Assembly (NCBI GenBank): GCA_017444895.1
Contig: JAFSVR010000005.1
Span: 1,546 to 65,545 of the forward strand
From: Clostridia bacterium
GTDB taxonomy: Bacteria; Bacillota; Clostridia; Christensenellales; UBA1242
Direction of reading: 5' to 3'
DNA length: 64,000 bases
Within the stretch, counting starts at the first letter, position 1, and the number at the start of each line of letters is the position of its first letter. Made by a program: the position numbers and the translations under genes. Positions 34,010-43,792 of the stretch are shown here, piece after piece. The notes beneath the pieces were generated by a model. It was not told the origin of the DNA. It did no database searches and was given only the letters and a program-made list of their open reading frames with translations.

Positions 34010-35527
34010 ATGCAACACAGATTGAAGAAGAAAACAGCCACAATACGAATCATTGCTTGTTTTTTTGCGGTTTTATTTTTTGTTTTTTTGAGCGTTGGGT
34101 GCGGGTTTGGAAACAACGTTAAAAAAGCCAGCAAAAATCTGACAAAATATGATATTACCATAAACTATGACGACCAGACGCAAACGGCGTCTTGTGTTCA
34201 AAACGTTGATTATATTAATCAAACTGGAACAGATTTGTGTGATGTTTGTTTCCATTTATATCCTCGCGCATTCAGGGAAGGTGCAAGCATTGCCCCATAT
34301 ACGGATCTAACAGAAGCACGCTGTTATCCAAATGGCAAAAGTTATGGTTCTCTTACGATAACAGAACTTTCTGTTGGTGGGGAAAACAAGAAGATCTCTT
34401 ATGTTGGCCAAGATGAAGATATTTTGCAAGTTGAACTCTTGGCACCGCTTAAAAATGGCCAGAGAACCAAAATAGCCATCAAATATGTTTTGGCGTTGCC
34501 AAATTGCACTCACCGTTTTGGGTATTATGATGGGTGTGTTAACTTTGGCAATTTTTATCCAATAGTTTGTGCCTTTGAAAATGGGGAGTGGGACACAACG
34601 CCGTATTATCCAACGGGGGATCCGTTTAATAGTGAAGTTGCCAACTATGCCGTTAGCATATCATATCCACCTGGCTATGATGTTGCAGGCTCTGGGAAGC
34701 AAATTGTTGAAAATGTTGACGGGGACAGAAAAACAAGCGCTTTTGAAGCTTTGGCTGTTAGGGATTTTGCAATTGTTCTTGGAAATAATTTTGAGGTTCG
34801 GGGGGCGGTTGAAGGCAAAACCCAAATAACATATTATGGTTTTGCTGGCGATGAAGACCTAGAAGATTTGCTCAAAACGGCGTGTTTAAGTTTAAGGTAT
34901 TTTAACAAGACGTTTGGAGAATATCCATATGAAAAACTTGCTGTTGTTAAAACGGCATTTGTTCAAGGCGGGATGGAATATCCAAATCTTATTATGGTCA
35001 GCCGTTTTGCAAGAACTGCGGAAGAAAAAAACAAGATTATCGTTCATGAAGTTGCTCATCAGTGGTGGTATGGGGTTGTTGGCAATAACGAAATTGTTGA
35101 TGCGTGGATTGACGAGGGGCTTTGCGAATTTTCAACTGTTATGTTTTTTGGGGCAAATCCGCAGTTTAATTTGAGTTATAATGATCAAATCAATGATGCG
35201 CTATCTAGTTATAATCTTTATGTTGAAGTGTTCAAATCAATTGGTCTTGAAGTTAATAACAAAATGAACTTGCCTGTTTATAAGTATGCAAGCGAATATG
35301 AATACACCTATATGATATATGTGCGTGGCGTTTTGATGATGGATAAACTGAAAAGCGAACTGGGGGAAAATGTTGTTATCAAGTCCCTCAAAAAACTATA
35401 CTCAAAATATCAATTCAAAAAAATTGGGCTTGATGAATTCGTTGATTGTTTTGGGGTAAACAAAAATAGGGCACGAGAGATTGTTGTTGGTTTTGTTGAG
35501 GGCAATGCATATATTGATAAAACCTAG
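34010..35527 (+). CDS. M1-family zinc metallopeptidase, lipoprotein
   Basis: Lipobox LSVGC. HEVAHQWW..x18..E (HExxH-E) gluzincin motif. Confidence 0.8.
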   Translation: MQHRLKKKTATIRIIACFFAVLFFVFLSVGCGFGNNVKKASKNLTKYDITINYDDQTQTASCVQNVDYINQTGTDLCDVCFHLYPRAFREGASIAPYTDLTEARCYPNGKSYGSLTITELSVGGENKKISYVGQDEDILQVELLAPLKNGQRTKIAIKYVLALPNCTHRFGYYDGCVNFGNFYPIVCAFENGEWDTTPYYPTGDPFNSEVANYAVSISYPPGYDVAGSGKQIVENVDGDRKTSAFEALAVRDFAIVLGNNFEVRGAVEGKTQITYYGFAGDEDLEDLLKTACLSLRYFNKTFGEYPYEKLAVVKTAFVQGGMEYPNLIMVSRFARTAEEKNKIIVHEVAHQWWYGVVGNNEIVDAWIDEGLCEFSTVMFFGANPQFNLSYNDQINDALSSYNLYVEVFKSIGLEVNNKMNLPVYKYASEYEYTYMIYVRGVLMMDKLKSELGENVVIKSLKKLYSKYQFKKIGLDEFVDCFGVNKNRAREIVVGFVEGNAYIDKT

Positions 35528-35594
35528 ATTATTTTGAGGCCTTTTCCTTTACAAAACTTTGCTTTTATTTATAATTAATTATGAGGTGTCTATA

Positions 35595-36389
35595 ATGCGA
35601 GTTATAAATTTGGCAAGTGGAAGCAAGGGGAATTGTTCTGTTATTCAAACGCAAGTGGGAACAATTATGCTTGATTGTGGGCTCAATATAAAGGATTTGC
35701 TTCAAAGGCTTAGCCAAGCGAATATTGCGCCAGAAAGCGTAGACGCAATTGTTATCACCCATGAACATAATGACCACATCAAAGGTCTTGAACGTTTTTC
35801 AAAAAAATATGGTGCAGGGGTTTGGGCAAATGCCGAAGCCTGGCCAATGATAGACAAGGTTATTATGGTTGCTCCACAAAAGAAAAGAGTTTTTTATGAC
35901 AAGCCTTTTATGGTTGGGGGAGTTAAGATAACACCGTTCCCGGTTAGCCATGATAGCGTGAATTGCCAGGGTTTTTCATTTGAATATAAAAATGCAAAGT
36001 TTTCATACGCAACAGACCTTGGTTTTGTTTCGGGAGAAAATCTTTCACACCTTCTTGGCTCAAAACTTATTTTTATTGAGAGCAACCACGACGAACAGAT
36101 GCTTAAAGATAATCCAAATTATCCAATATACTTGAAGGCAAGAATTAAGAGCTCAAAAGGGCATCTTTCCAATACTCAATGTGCGGAAGCGGTTGTTTAC
36201 CTTGCAAAAAATGGAACGAGATATTTTGCTCTCAGCCACCTTTCTGAGAATAATAATACGCCAGAGCTTGCATTTTCAGTTGTTGCAAATGCTCTTGAAA
36301 ATGAAGGGTTTAGGCTTGAAAAAGACGCTTTTATAAGGCTCACATATCAACACAAGATTGGAAATAATTTTAATTTGAAGGAAGATTAG
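35595..36389 (+). CDS. MBL-fold metallo-hydrolase (YycJ/WalJ-like)
   Basis: THEHNDH motif. ATG 35595 is preceded by GAGGTG. Confidence 0.85.
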   Translation: MRVINLASGSKGNCSVIQTQVGTIMLDCGLNIKDLLQRLSQANIAPESVDAIVITHEHNDHIKGLERFSKKYGAGVWANAEAWPMIDKVIMVAPQKKRVFYDKPFMVGGVKITPFPVSHDSVNCQGFSFEYKNAKFSYATDLGFVSGENLSHLLGSKLIFIESNHDEQMLKDNPNYPIYLKARIKSSKGHLSNTQCAEAVVYLAKNGTRYFALSHLSENNNTPELAFSVVANALENEGFRLEKDAFIRLTYQHKIGNNFNLKED

Positions 36390-37463
36390 ATGGAACAAAG
36401 GGAACTCGTTAAAGAATTTAATGACAACGATGCTGGGCTGGGGTATACGCTTTATGTTATTATAGGCGTTGTTTGTTTCGTTATAGCAAGAGCGCTTATT
36501 GTTTCCGGTGTTGAATACAATGGGATTTTCAGTTTTGTTTATGCCTTTATTGTTGAAGCAATTTTTGCTTTTTCGGTTGCGTTGGTTTGTTTGATCAAGA
36601 AGCGTGATTTCATACCGGCAACAGGGGTTAATAAACCAGTTAACGCAAAGATGTTTGTGATATGTATTGTTATCAGCTTGGTTTGTTTGTTCGGGCTTGG
36701 CAGAGTTAGCGATTTCTTTATCGACATTCTATCTTATTTTGGATATCACACGCAAACAAGCTCTTTGCAGGTTAAAACGGTGCTTGATTTGCTTAAATAT
36801 ACATTTTTGGTTGCGGTTTTGCCAGCGTTTTGTGAGGAATTGCTTTTTAGGGGTTTAATACTAAACGGCCTTAGGAAATATGGGGCAAAGGTTGCAATAT
36901 TCTTTAGTGCGTTTGCGTTTATGATTATGCATGGAAGCCCAGACCAAACAGTGCATCAGTTCATATTGGGTGTTATCTTTGGTTTTATTGTTTATTATAC
37001 TCGTAACATTTGGCTCACAATTATCATACATTTCTTTAACAATTTTATTGTTCTTGTTATAACGTTTATCAGTTCTTTGGGTGAAGTAAGCGGCGAAACG
37101 GTGGCGGGCGTTACAACTCCAAGCACGGCCAATTCGGTTGTTGTTATGATAACCAGCTATGCGATTAATGTTGCCATCGTTGTTCTCAGTGCATTCATCA
37201 TTGTTAAGTCTGTGCAATACCTGATAAAAGAAGTTGAAAAGAAAAACACGCCTGCCGAAGAAGCGGTTGAGGCGGAAGCGGAGATTGAAGAGGTGGCAGA
37301 TTCGGAGCGGAGTATTGTTGTTGAAAAAAGCGCTCCGCCAGTTATGACGCCACTTGAACAAAAGCCAAGAATGGATGTGCTAACACTGGCAATGTTTGTT
37401 GTTACATCAGCATATTTGGTTCTTGAATGGATAACGGCACTTGTTGAGGGTTTTAGTGGTTAA
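36390..37463 (+). CDS. CPBP-family intramembrane glutamic endopeptidase (CAAX protease-like)
   Basis: EELLFRG, FxxxH (FAFMIMHG) and HFFNN motifs in a polytopic protein. The C-terminal tail is acidic. Confidence 0.8.
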   Translation: MEQRELVKEFNDNDAGLGYTLYVIIGVVCFVIARALIVSGVEYNGIFSFVYAFIVEAIFAFSVALVCLIKKRDFIPATGVNKPVNAKMFVICIVISLVCLFGLGRVSDFFIDILSYFGYHTQTSSLQVKTVLDLLKYTFLVAVLPAFCEELLFRGLILNGLRKYGAKVAIFFSAFAFMIMHGSPDQTVHQFILGVIFGFIVYYTRNIWLTIIIHFFNNFIVLVITFISSLGEVSGETVAGVTTPSTANSVVVMITSYAINVAIVVLSAFIIVKSVQYLIKEVEKKNTPAEEAVEAEAEIEEVADSERSIVVEKSAPPVMTPLEQKPRMDVLTLAMFVVTSAYLVLEWITALVEGFSG

Positions 37464-37923
37464 GATTAAAATTATTGCCGTTGGGCAAGAAAAAGATAAG
37501 AATATAAAGCCAATAACTAGCGAATATTATAAGCGTCTTTCTCGTTGGGCGGAAGTTCAAGAGATTTTTGTCAGTGAAGGAAAAGCAAGAAATGAAGGCG
37601 AGATTAAAGTTGCAAAGGCAACTGAAAAAGATGCGATATTGTCTAAGGTTGAGGGCTTTGTTGTTGTGCTTGACAGACGGGGGAAAATGCTTTCAAGTGA
37701 GGAATTTGCAGATAAACTTTCCCTTGCGATGACATCGGGAAACAGTGTTATCAGCTTTGTTATTGGCGGGAGCAATGGCCTTGATGATGAGGTTATTAAA
37801 TCTGCTAGTCTGGTTATAAGTTTTGGAAATATGACTTTGCCACACGAACTTATGCGTGCGGTTCTTGGTGAGCAGATTTATCGTGCTTTTACAATAATGA
37901 ATAAAATTGCATACCACAAGTAG
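37456..37923 (+). CDS. rlmH: 23S rRNA (pseudouridine1915-N3)-methyltransferase
   Basis: GTG 37456 gives MVKIKIIAVG. The SPOUT motifs FVIGGSNG and LSFGNMTLPH are present. The start overlaps the upstream stop. Confidence 0.9.
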   Translation: MVKIKIIAVGQEKDKNIKPITSEYYKRLSRWAEVQEIFVSEGKARNEGEIKVAKATEKDAILSKVEGFVVVLDRRGKMLSSEEFADKLSLAMTSGNSVISFVIGGSNGLDDEVIKSASLVISFGNMTLPHELMRAVLGEQIYRAFTIMNKIAYHK

Positions 37924-37928
37924 AGAAG

Positions 37929-38393
37929 ATGAAGATGACAAACACACAAGATTATGAGTTTTATATGGATAAGGCCCTTGAACTTGCGAAGAAAGCAAGA
38001 GCAAAAGACGAAGTTCCGGTTGGGGCTGTTATTGTTCGTGATGGTAAAATTATTGCCAGCGCATTTAATAAGCGACAAAATAGAAGGGTTGCGACCTATC
38101 ATGCTGAAATTTTGGCGATTGAAAAAGCATGCAAAAAAGTGAAGGATTTTCGTCTTAATGGTTGCACAATTTTTGTTACGCTTGAGCCGTGTGTTATGTG
38201 CATGGGGGCAATAATTAATGCGCGGATTGAAACCCTTGTTTTTGGGGCAGGGATCAACAAGGACAACACTCTTTCTTCAAAAGAAATTGCTGAACGTGCG
38301 GGCCTTAACCACAACCTGAAAATTGTTTCTGGCATCAGGGCAAAAAAATGCTCCATGCTAGTTAGTGAATACTTTTCTCAGAAAAGGAACTAA
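37929..38393 (+). CDS. tadA: tRNA adenosine(34) deaminase
   Basis: Deaminase zinc motifs HAEILAI and PCVMCMGA. Confidence 0.9.
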   Translation: MKMTNTQDYEFYMDKALELAKKARAKDEVPVGAVIVRDGKIIASAFNKRQNRRVATYHAEILAIEKACKKVKDFRLNGCTIFVTLEPCVMCMGAIINARIETLVFGAGINKDNTLSSKEIAERAGLNHNLKIVSGIRAKKCSMLVSEYFSQKRN

Positions 38394-38412
38394 TACTGAT
38401 TAATTTTTGATT

Positions 38413-38440
38413 AAACGCACAACGAGTGCGTTTATTTGTT
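38413..38440 (+). terminator. Terminator after tadA
   Basis: AAACGCAC-AACGA-GTGCGTTT followed by a T-rich run. Confidence 0.7.
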
Positions 38441-38467
38441 TGACAAATAACCAAGCATTATTATAAT
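38440..38467 (+). promoter_or_regulatory. Promoter TTGACA-16-TATAAT for the glmU-like/pth unit
   Basis: -35 at 38440-38445 and -10 at 38462-38467. The SD AAGGAGAG precedes ATG 38490. Confidence 0.6.
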
Positions 38468-38489
38468 ATTTTTTATATAAGGAGAGAGA

Positions 38490-39548
38490 ATGATAACCGA
38501 ACTTAAAACTCAAACAAAACTTGAACTTAAGCAGGGCGAATATAATAATGTCATATGTTTCGTGTTGCTAACGAACAATGAAAATTTCAATTTGCCAGAA
38601 GGGAAGAACTCTTATGAACTTGATCTTCTTGGCAGGCCTATGTTTGAGTTTGTTTCAAGGGTGTGCCCAACAAGACCGGTAACCATTGAATGCAGTGAGG
38701 AAGATAATGTGCTTTCGGTTATCAAGCCATATCTTAGGGACAAAGAACTCGCCCTTGTTTTGTATGGCGACACTCCTTTGCTCACGCAAGGAAACATTAA
38801 AAATATTTTGCGATTTGTTTTAGACAATGACCTTAATGTTTGCAAACTTTCAAGAGGATATGTTTTCAGAACTGAATATATCAAGAGGGTTGATGAAATA
38901 TTTGCCCCTCAAACATATTATTTTGCTGAGGAAGAGTTTACTAGGCCAAACAACCTTGTTGAACTTGCTTCAATTTCAAAAGTGCTTCAAAAGAAAATTA
39001 TTGAATTTCATATGACATCAGGTGTGCGCTTTGTTGATGTGAATGGGGTGTATATTGAAAGTGATGTTTCAATTGGGGCAGGAACGGTTGTTGGAAACAA
39101 TGTTACCCTATGTGGAGAAACGGCAATTGGAAAGAATTGCAGAATTGGTGGAAACGCAAAGATAGTTTCAAGCCAGATTGGGAGCGAGTGCGCCGTTGGA
39201 AGCGCTGTGATTGAAAATAGCGCTATTAAAGATGGCTCAGTTGTTGGAAATAATGTTTCAATAACAAACAAGAGCTTTGTTGGAACAATGTGCGAGATAG
39301 GTGATGGCTCAATAATAAGTCAATCAAGCGTTTCGCAAAACGTGAAAATTAAGGAGGGGTGTTTGCTTAAAAACGCCCGAATATATAGAGATTCAACGCT
39401 ATATGAACGAGCAAGCGTTGTTGGCAAAGCTGATGCGCTTTCAAGGGTTTTGCATGGTGCAGAAATTGGCGCTGGAGCATTTGTTGGCGCTGGGGTTGCG
39501 GTTAAAGAAGAAACGCAAGTTCCAGATTGCAAGGTAATTTTGAATTAG
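38490..39548 (+). CDS. GlmU-like protein (nucleotidyltransferase fold plus left-handed beta-helix) lacking both canonical catalytic signatures
   Basis: LLGRPMFEFV, VLYGDTPLLT and the hexapeptide-repeat region align with B. subtilis GlmU. The LAAGxGTRM loop is replaced by VLLTNNENFNLPEG. About 45 aa of the acetyltransferase C-terminus (the SHLSYVGD..NYDG region) is absent. The protein is 352 aa. Confidence 0.7.
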   Translation: MITELKTQTKLELKQGEYNNVICFVLLTNNENFNLPEGKNSYELDLLGRPMFEFVSRVCPTRPVTIECSEEDNVLSVIKPYLRDKELALVLYGDTPLLTQGNIKNILRFVLDNDLNVCKLSRGYVFRTEYIKRVDEIFAPQTYYFAEEEFTRPNNLVELASISKVLQKKIIEFHMTSGVRFVDVNGVYIESDVSIGAGTVVGNNVTLCGETAIGKNCRIGGNAKIVSSQIGSECAVGSAVIENSAIKDGSVVGNNVSITNKSFVGTMCEIGDGSIISQSSVSQNVKIKEGCLLKNARIYRDSTLYERASVVGKADALSRVLHGAEIGAGAFVGAGVAVKEETQVPDCKVILN

Positions 39549-39560
39549 AAAAGGTTTGAT

Positions 39561-40136
39561 ATGAAATTAATTATTGGACTAGGGAACATAGGAAAAGCAT
39601 ATATAAACACCAACCACAATGTTGGGTTTATGGTGGCAGACAAACTTGCAAAAAACTTAGGAATTAAGTTTTCTCAACAAGATTGCAAAAGTGATGTTGC
39701 CATCGGTTTTTTTGGTGATGAAAAAGTTATCATTGCAAAACCAAGAACCTATATGAATTCAAGCGGAGATGCTCTCCGTGAGTTTTTGAATAAGTATAAA
39801 GACCAAATTGATATTGGTGAAGATGTTGTTATAGTTTATGATGATATTGATCTTCAAGTTGGAACAATAAGGGTTAAAGAAAGCGGAAGCGCTGGAACCC
39901 ACAATGGAATGAAGAGCATAATGACGAACGTTGAAGGTGACAGGATTAAGAGGGTTCGGGTTGGCATTGGTTGCAAACCAGAAAATATGACGCTTGTTGA
40001 TTTTGTCCTTTCACGCATAGGGGAGGGGAGCCCAATTTTTGAGGCAACTAAACTCGCAAGTGAAGGGCTGGCGCAGTGGCTTAACAAAGAAATTTCATTT
40101 AGCACTCTTATGCAAAAGATGAATTCTCAGGGATAA
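39561..40136 (+). CDS. pth: Peptidyl-tRNA hydrolase
   Basis: LIIGLGNIG..Y..T.HNVGF and GSAGTHNG motifs. Confidence 0.95.
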   Translation: MKLIIGLGNIGKAYINTNHNVGFMVADKLAKNLGIKFSQQDCKSDVAIGFFGDEKVIIAKPRTYMNSSGDALREFLNKYKDQIDIGEDVVIVYDDIDLQVGTIRVKESGSAGTHNGMKSIMTNVEGDRIKRVRVGIGCKPENMTLVDFVLSRIGEGSPIFEATKLASEGLAQWLNKEISFSTLMQKMNSQG

Positions 40137-40188
40137 ACAGATAAGAACTCGATAAGCAATTTTTATCGGGCTTTTATTTTGTTTGCTA

Positions 40189-40217
40189 TTGCAAAAATAT
40201 GCTTATGGTGATAAAAT
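40189..40217 (+). promoter_or_regulatory. Promoter TTGCAA-17-TGaTAAAAT, 8 nt upstream of the mfd ATG (leaderless or near-leaderless candidate)
   Basis: -35 at 40189-40194 and -10 at 40212-40217. AGCAGGAA and then ATG 40226 follow. Confidence 0.45.
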
Positions 40218-40225
40218 AGCAGGAA

Positions 40226-43200
40226 ATGAATAAACGCGCAAAAAACTTTTTTGATTTTTCATCATTAGGGGGCAATTATCAGGCCCTCTGTTTTGCTCTT
40301 AATGAAAATAAAAAAGTTTCAGCAATTTCAATGGGACAGGCCGAGAAAGTTGCCATTTTATCTAGTGTTGACCGTCCAGTGTTATGTCTGACGAGTGACT
40401 ATATTGGTGCAACAAGAATTCATAAACAGCTTGAAAGTCTGTTTGGAGATGGAGCGGTCTTGCTCCCAGTTTTTATTGATAACTTGCTCTATAAAAAATC
40501 TCAAACTATTGCGCCAAACCAAGAAAGGATCATTGCTCTTTCAAAATTGGTTTCGGGAAAGGCAAAGGCAGTTGTTGCGAGCATTGATGCTTTGCTTTGT
40601 CCGCTTCCAAACAGACAAAGATTTGAAGATGGTAAAATATGTATCAAAAAGGGTGAAGATGTTGATTTTGAGGCCCTGAAACAAAAGCTTGTTAAAGTAG
40701 GATACAGAAAAACTGAAATTATTGCTAGCGCTGGCGATTTTTCAATTAGGGGCGATATCGTTGATGTTTTTTCTATTCCAAGCGGGCCAATCAGAATTGA
40801 ACTTTTTGGTGATACTATTGATAAAATCGCTTATCTTAATCTTGACAATCTTTCAAGCGAAGCAAGCCTAAATGAGGTCGAAATTTACCCTAACACCGAC
40901 CTGCTTTTAAGTGATGAAGAAAATGAATATTTAACAGAGGCGCTATATTATCTTAAAGAAAAATCAACAGAAAAAGACGGTGGCGGTGGGCAACTGTCAC
41001 TTGCCATAACCGATTGCCTTTCGCGCCTTGAAATGGGGGATAGAGCGTTTTCGCTTGACTATCTTTTCCCTTTAATTATGTCAAATCTTAGCTCGCTTTT
41101 TGATTATCTTCCCAAAGACACAGTTATTGTTATTGATGAAGGGAAGATGTGTTATGACGTCATTGTTAATGCTTCAAGCGAGATTGAAATGCGCCATAAA
41201 AACCTTAAAACCAACAAAGATGCTTTGAATGATAAAGAAACGGGTTTTTTTGATTCAACTTTTGTATTGAATCAGATTGCAAAATATGGCGGAGTTGTTC
41301 ACCAGAGAATAACCAACTCTAATAGGTTTTATAATCCTGAAAAAGTCTTAACTTTCAAAAGTTTGCAACTTTCAAGGTATTATCACAATTTTCCAGAATT
41401 AGTAACTGACTTGCAAAACTGGAAGTTTAATAATTTTGACATTTATTTGCTTGCTGGAACTCCAGACAAGGTTAGAAGCCTTAATGAAAGACTAGAAGCA
41501 AACGATATTTTCTTTGATACATCTTCTGCAACGCTTTCAAGCAAAGGACAATTTATTCTTCCTGTTGAGTTTTCGGGCGGGTTTGTTCTTGCCAGTGAGA
41601 AAAAGGTTGTTGTTTCAACAACCGATTTGTTTGCACCAAAAAAATCTCAGCAAGCAGTTGTGGCATCAAGAAAAAACGTTTTCAGTGTTCCAAGGCAGGG
41701 CGACTATGTTGTGCACTCCTTCCACGGTATTGGAATTTGTGAGGGGGTTACTAATCTTTCATCTAACTTTGGTTCAAAAGACTATGTTATCGTTCGTTAT
41801 GCAGGAGATGACAAGCTTTATGTTCCAATTGATTCTCTTTCTTCGCTTGAAAGATATAGCGGGGCAGAGGCGCCTAAAAAACTTAGTAAAATTGGTGGTG
41901 TTGAATTTGCAAAGGTTAAAGAAAGAGTTAAGGCGTCTGTTAAGAAGATTGCTTTTGACTTAACTGAACTCTACGCGAAGCGAGAGGCTAAGCAGGGTTT
42001 TGCTTTTTCACCAGATTCAAGTTTGCAGAGAGATTTTGAAAACGCTTTTGCTTATATTGAAACAGAGGACCAACTCAAAAGCATTGCTGAGATAAAGAAG
42101 GACATGGAAAGCCATAAGGTTATGGACAGACTTCTTTGTGGAGATGTTGGATTCGGAAAAACCGAAGTTGCAATGCGTGCAATGTTCAAGGCCGTTCTTG
42201 ATGGGAAACAGGTTGCTTTTGTTGCGCCAACAACGATTTTGAGTGAGCAACACTATAACACCTTGAGGGCAAGGCTAGAACCGTTTGGGGTTAAAGTTGC
42301 AGTTCTCAATCGTTTCAGTTCAGCAAAGGAAACAAAAGAAATATTAAATGAACTTTCACATGGGCGTATTGATGTTTTGTGCGGAACACACCGAGTTTTA
42401 TCTGATGATGTTAACTTTAATGATATTGGGTTGGTTGTTCTTGATGAGGAACAGAAATTTGGCGTTGAAGACAAAGAAAAACTTAAAAACAAATATCCAC
42501 TTGTGGATTTCTTAACCCTTTCTGCAACACCAATTCCACGAACACTCCACATGAGCCTTTCAGGGATTAGAGATGTCAGCATAATAAATACTCCGCCAAG
42601 CGAGAGATTGCCAATTCAAACTTTTGTTTGTGAATATAGCGAAAGTTTGCTTAGAGATGCATGTATGCGAGAACTGGCTCGGGGTGGACAGGTTTTCATT
42701 TTGTTTAATAGGGTTGAAAAAATCTATCATTTTGCAGAAGAAGTGCGAAAGGTTTTGCCAGAGGCTAGAGTTTTGGTGGCTCATGGCCAACTTTCCGGCA
42801 AAGAACTTGAAGACACGGTTTATAAGTTCTATAAAAAAGATGCGGATATTTTAATTTGCACAACAATCATTGAAAACGGAATTGATATTGAAAATGCAAA
42901 CACACTTATTGTTTATGATAGTGACAACTTCGGTTTAAGCCAGCTTTATCAAATCAGGGGAAGGGTTGGAAGAGGAAATAGAACGGCGTTTGCTTATTTC
43001 ACATATAAGTTGGATAAGATTTTAAGTGAAGAGGCCTATAAACGCCTTGATGCCATAAGAGAGTTTACTGAATTTGGTTCTGGATTTAAGATTTCCATGC
43101 GAGATTTGGAAATTCGTGGTGGCGGAAACATCTTGGGTGCTGAGCAACATGGCTTTATGGAAAAAGTTGGATATGAAATGTATGCAAAATTGCTTGCAGA

Positions 43201-43702
43201 CGCCATTGCTGAAATTAAAGGGCAAAAGGTTGAAGAAAAGCAAGACACACTTATGCGTATTAGTATTGATGCATATGTTCCTGAGTCTTATATAAAAGAG
43301 CCAAGCAATAGGATGACGACGTATAAGAATATCTCAGCAATTTCTAGTCTTGATGAAAAAATAAGTTTGCAACAAGACTTTGAAAACACTTTTGGCGCCG
43401 TTCCTCAGCCGGTTTTGAATTTGATGGATATTGCTTATGCTAAACTGCTTGCAAGCAACCTTAAAATTGTTGAGATTGTTAGCACCAGCGCTGGAATTAA
43501 GTTTATTTTCTCAAAGCCTGAAGACATAACAGGAAGTGCTTATTTGGGTGAGGCACTATATAAGTTTAAGGATCGATGCGCTCTTGAATTAGGGCTTACT
43601 CCAATGATTAAGATGACGGCAGGGAAAGATGATATAACAAACCTTAAAGATTTGACGGCTTTCTTAGCCGTTGCCAATGAAGCAAAAAAGGGCAAAAAAT
43701 AG
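40226..43702 (+). CDS. mfd: Transcription-repair coupling factor
   Basis: UvrB-homology N-terminus, CarD/RID segment (GDYVVHSFHGIG), SF2 helicase motifs (GDVGFGKTEVA, DEEQKFG, LSATPIPRT) and a TRCF C-terminus. Confidence 0.95.
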   Translation: MNKRAKNFFDFSSLGGNYQALCFALNENKKVSAISMGQAEKVAILSSVDRPVLCLTSDYIGATRIHKQLESLFGDGAVLLPVFIDNLLYKKSQTIAPNQERIIALSKLVSGKAKAVVASIDALLCPLPNRQRFEDGKICIKKGEDVDFEALKQKLVKVGYRKTEIIASAGDFSIRGDIVDVFSIPSGPIRIELFGDTIDKIAYLNLDNLSSEASLNEVEIYPNTDLLLSDEENEYLTEALYYLKEKSTEKDGGGGQLSLAITDCLSRLEMGDRAFSLDYLFPLIMSNLSSLFDYLPKDTVIVIDEGKMCYDVIVNASSEIEMRHKNLKTNKDALNDKETGFFDSTFVLNQIAKYGGVVHQRITNSNRFYNPEKVLTFKSLQLSRYYHNFPELVTDLQNWKFNNFDIYLLAGTPDKVRSLNERLEANDIFFDTSSATLSSKGQFILPVEFSGGFVLASEKKVVVSTTDLFAPKKSQQAVVASRKNVFSVPRQGDYVVHSFHGIGICEGVTNLSSNFGSKDYVIVRYAGDDKLYVPIDSLSSLERYSGAEAPKKLSKIGGVEFAKVKERVKASVKKIAFDLTELYAKREAKQGFAFSPDSSLQRDFENAFAYIETEDQLKSIAEIKKDMESHKVMDRLLCGDVGFGKTEVAMRAMFKAVLDGKQVAFVAPTTILSEQHYNTLRARLEPFGVKVAVLNRFSSAKETKEILNELSHGRIDVLCGTHRVLSDDVNFNDIGLVVLDEEQKFGVEDKEKLKNKYPLVDFLTLSATPIPRTLHMSLSGIRDVSIINTPPSERLPIQTFVCEYSESLLRDACMRELARGGQVFILFNRVEKIYHFAEEVRKVLPEARVLVAHGQLSGKELEDTVYKFYKKDADILICTTIIENGIDIENANTLIVYDSDNFGLSQLYQIRGRVGRGNRTAFAYFTYKLDKILSEEAYKRLDAIREFTEFGSGFKISMRDLEIRGGGNILGAEQHGFMEKVGYEMYAKLLADAIAEIKGQKVEEKQDTLMRISIDAYVPESYIKEPSNRMTTYKNISAISSLDEKISLQQDFENTFGAVPQPVLNLMDIAYAKLLASNLKIVEIVSTSAGIKFIFSKPEDITGSAYLGEALYKFKDRCALELGLTPMIKMTAGKDDITNLKDLTAFLAVANEAKKGKK

Positions 43703-43734
43703 CCGTTTTTTCGCTGTTTGTGCGTTAAAAAAAG

Positions 43735-43762
43735 TTGATTTTATATTAAAATGTGCTATAAT
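43735..43762 (+). promoter_or_regulatory. Promoter TTGATT-16-TGcTATAAT
   Basis: -35 at 43735-43740 and an extended -10 ending at 43762. Confidence 0.55.
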
Positions 43763-43792
43763 TAGTTTATCAAATTCGTGGAGGACCAAACT

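Noticed and set aside
38394-38489. Looked for SRP RNA (scr), which lies between tadA and dnaX in B. subtilis; also checked upstream of dnaX at 10921.
   Set aside because: The tadA downstream spacer is only 96 nt and holds a terminator and a promoter. dnaX is directly fused to sigH. No SRP domain IV-like motif was seen.
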